DNA of 64,000 nt, taken from contig VJWM01000186.1 of NCBI GenBank assembly GCA_010909165.1, positions 1 to 64,000 on the forward strand, read 5' to 3'. This document shows, in pieces, positions 63,961-64,000 of this stretch (positions are counted from its first letter, which is position 1; each line of letters begins with the position of its first letter). The notes below the pieces were generated by a model. That model worked only from the letters and a program-made list of their open reading frames with translations. It made no database searches and was not told the DNA's origin. The position numbers and the translations under genes are program-made. The stretch is from Anthoceros angustus. Lineage: Eukaryota; Plantae; Anthocerotophyta.

Positions 63961-64000
63961 AGGAATGTTGACCAGTCGTACGCTGCAGAGGGAATCGGTT

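Noticed and set aside
1-64000. rRNA/tRNA genes
   Set aside because: Only primer-binding-site complements of tRNAs were seen; no cloverleaf or rRNA signature.

Overview
Eukaryotic window, most likely from a streptophyte alga or non-seed plant (inferred from the TE lineages, half-tRNA Copia primer sites and intron style). About 60 kb is a scrambled nest of decayed transposons: several Ty1/Copia and Ty3/Gypsy LTR elements, a CACTA transposase fragment, and a family of TE-borne accessory ORFs. It also holds a ~12 kb near-identical direct duplication (offset 13,215) that may be an assembly artefact. The only clear host gene is an intact, spliced tandem-rhodanese gene at the right end (minus strand, 60877 to >=63960). 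The standout is a Ty3/Gypsy element whose Pol carries a DNMT3-like C5 cytosine methyltransferase between protease and RT, plus a PHD finger at the integrase C-terminus (Gag-ZnK-PR-MTase-RT-RH-IN-PHD). It is present as two complementary halves (9395-13218 and 50133-55170) that break at almost the same codon of the MTase, both next to the same Copia family. No rRNA, tRNA or CRISPR array was seen. All calls are by eye and from the supplied ORF track; no searches were run.
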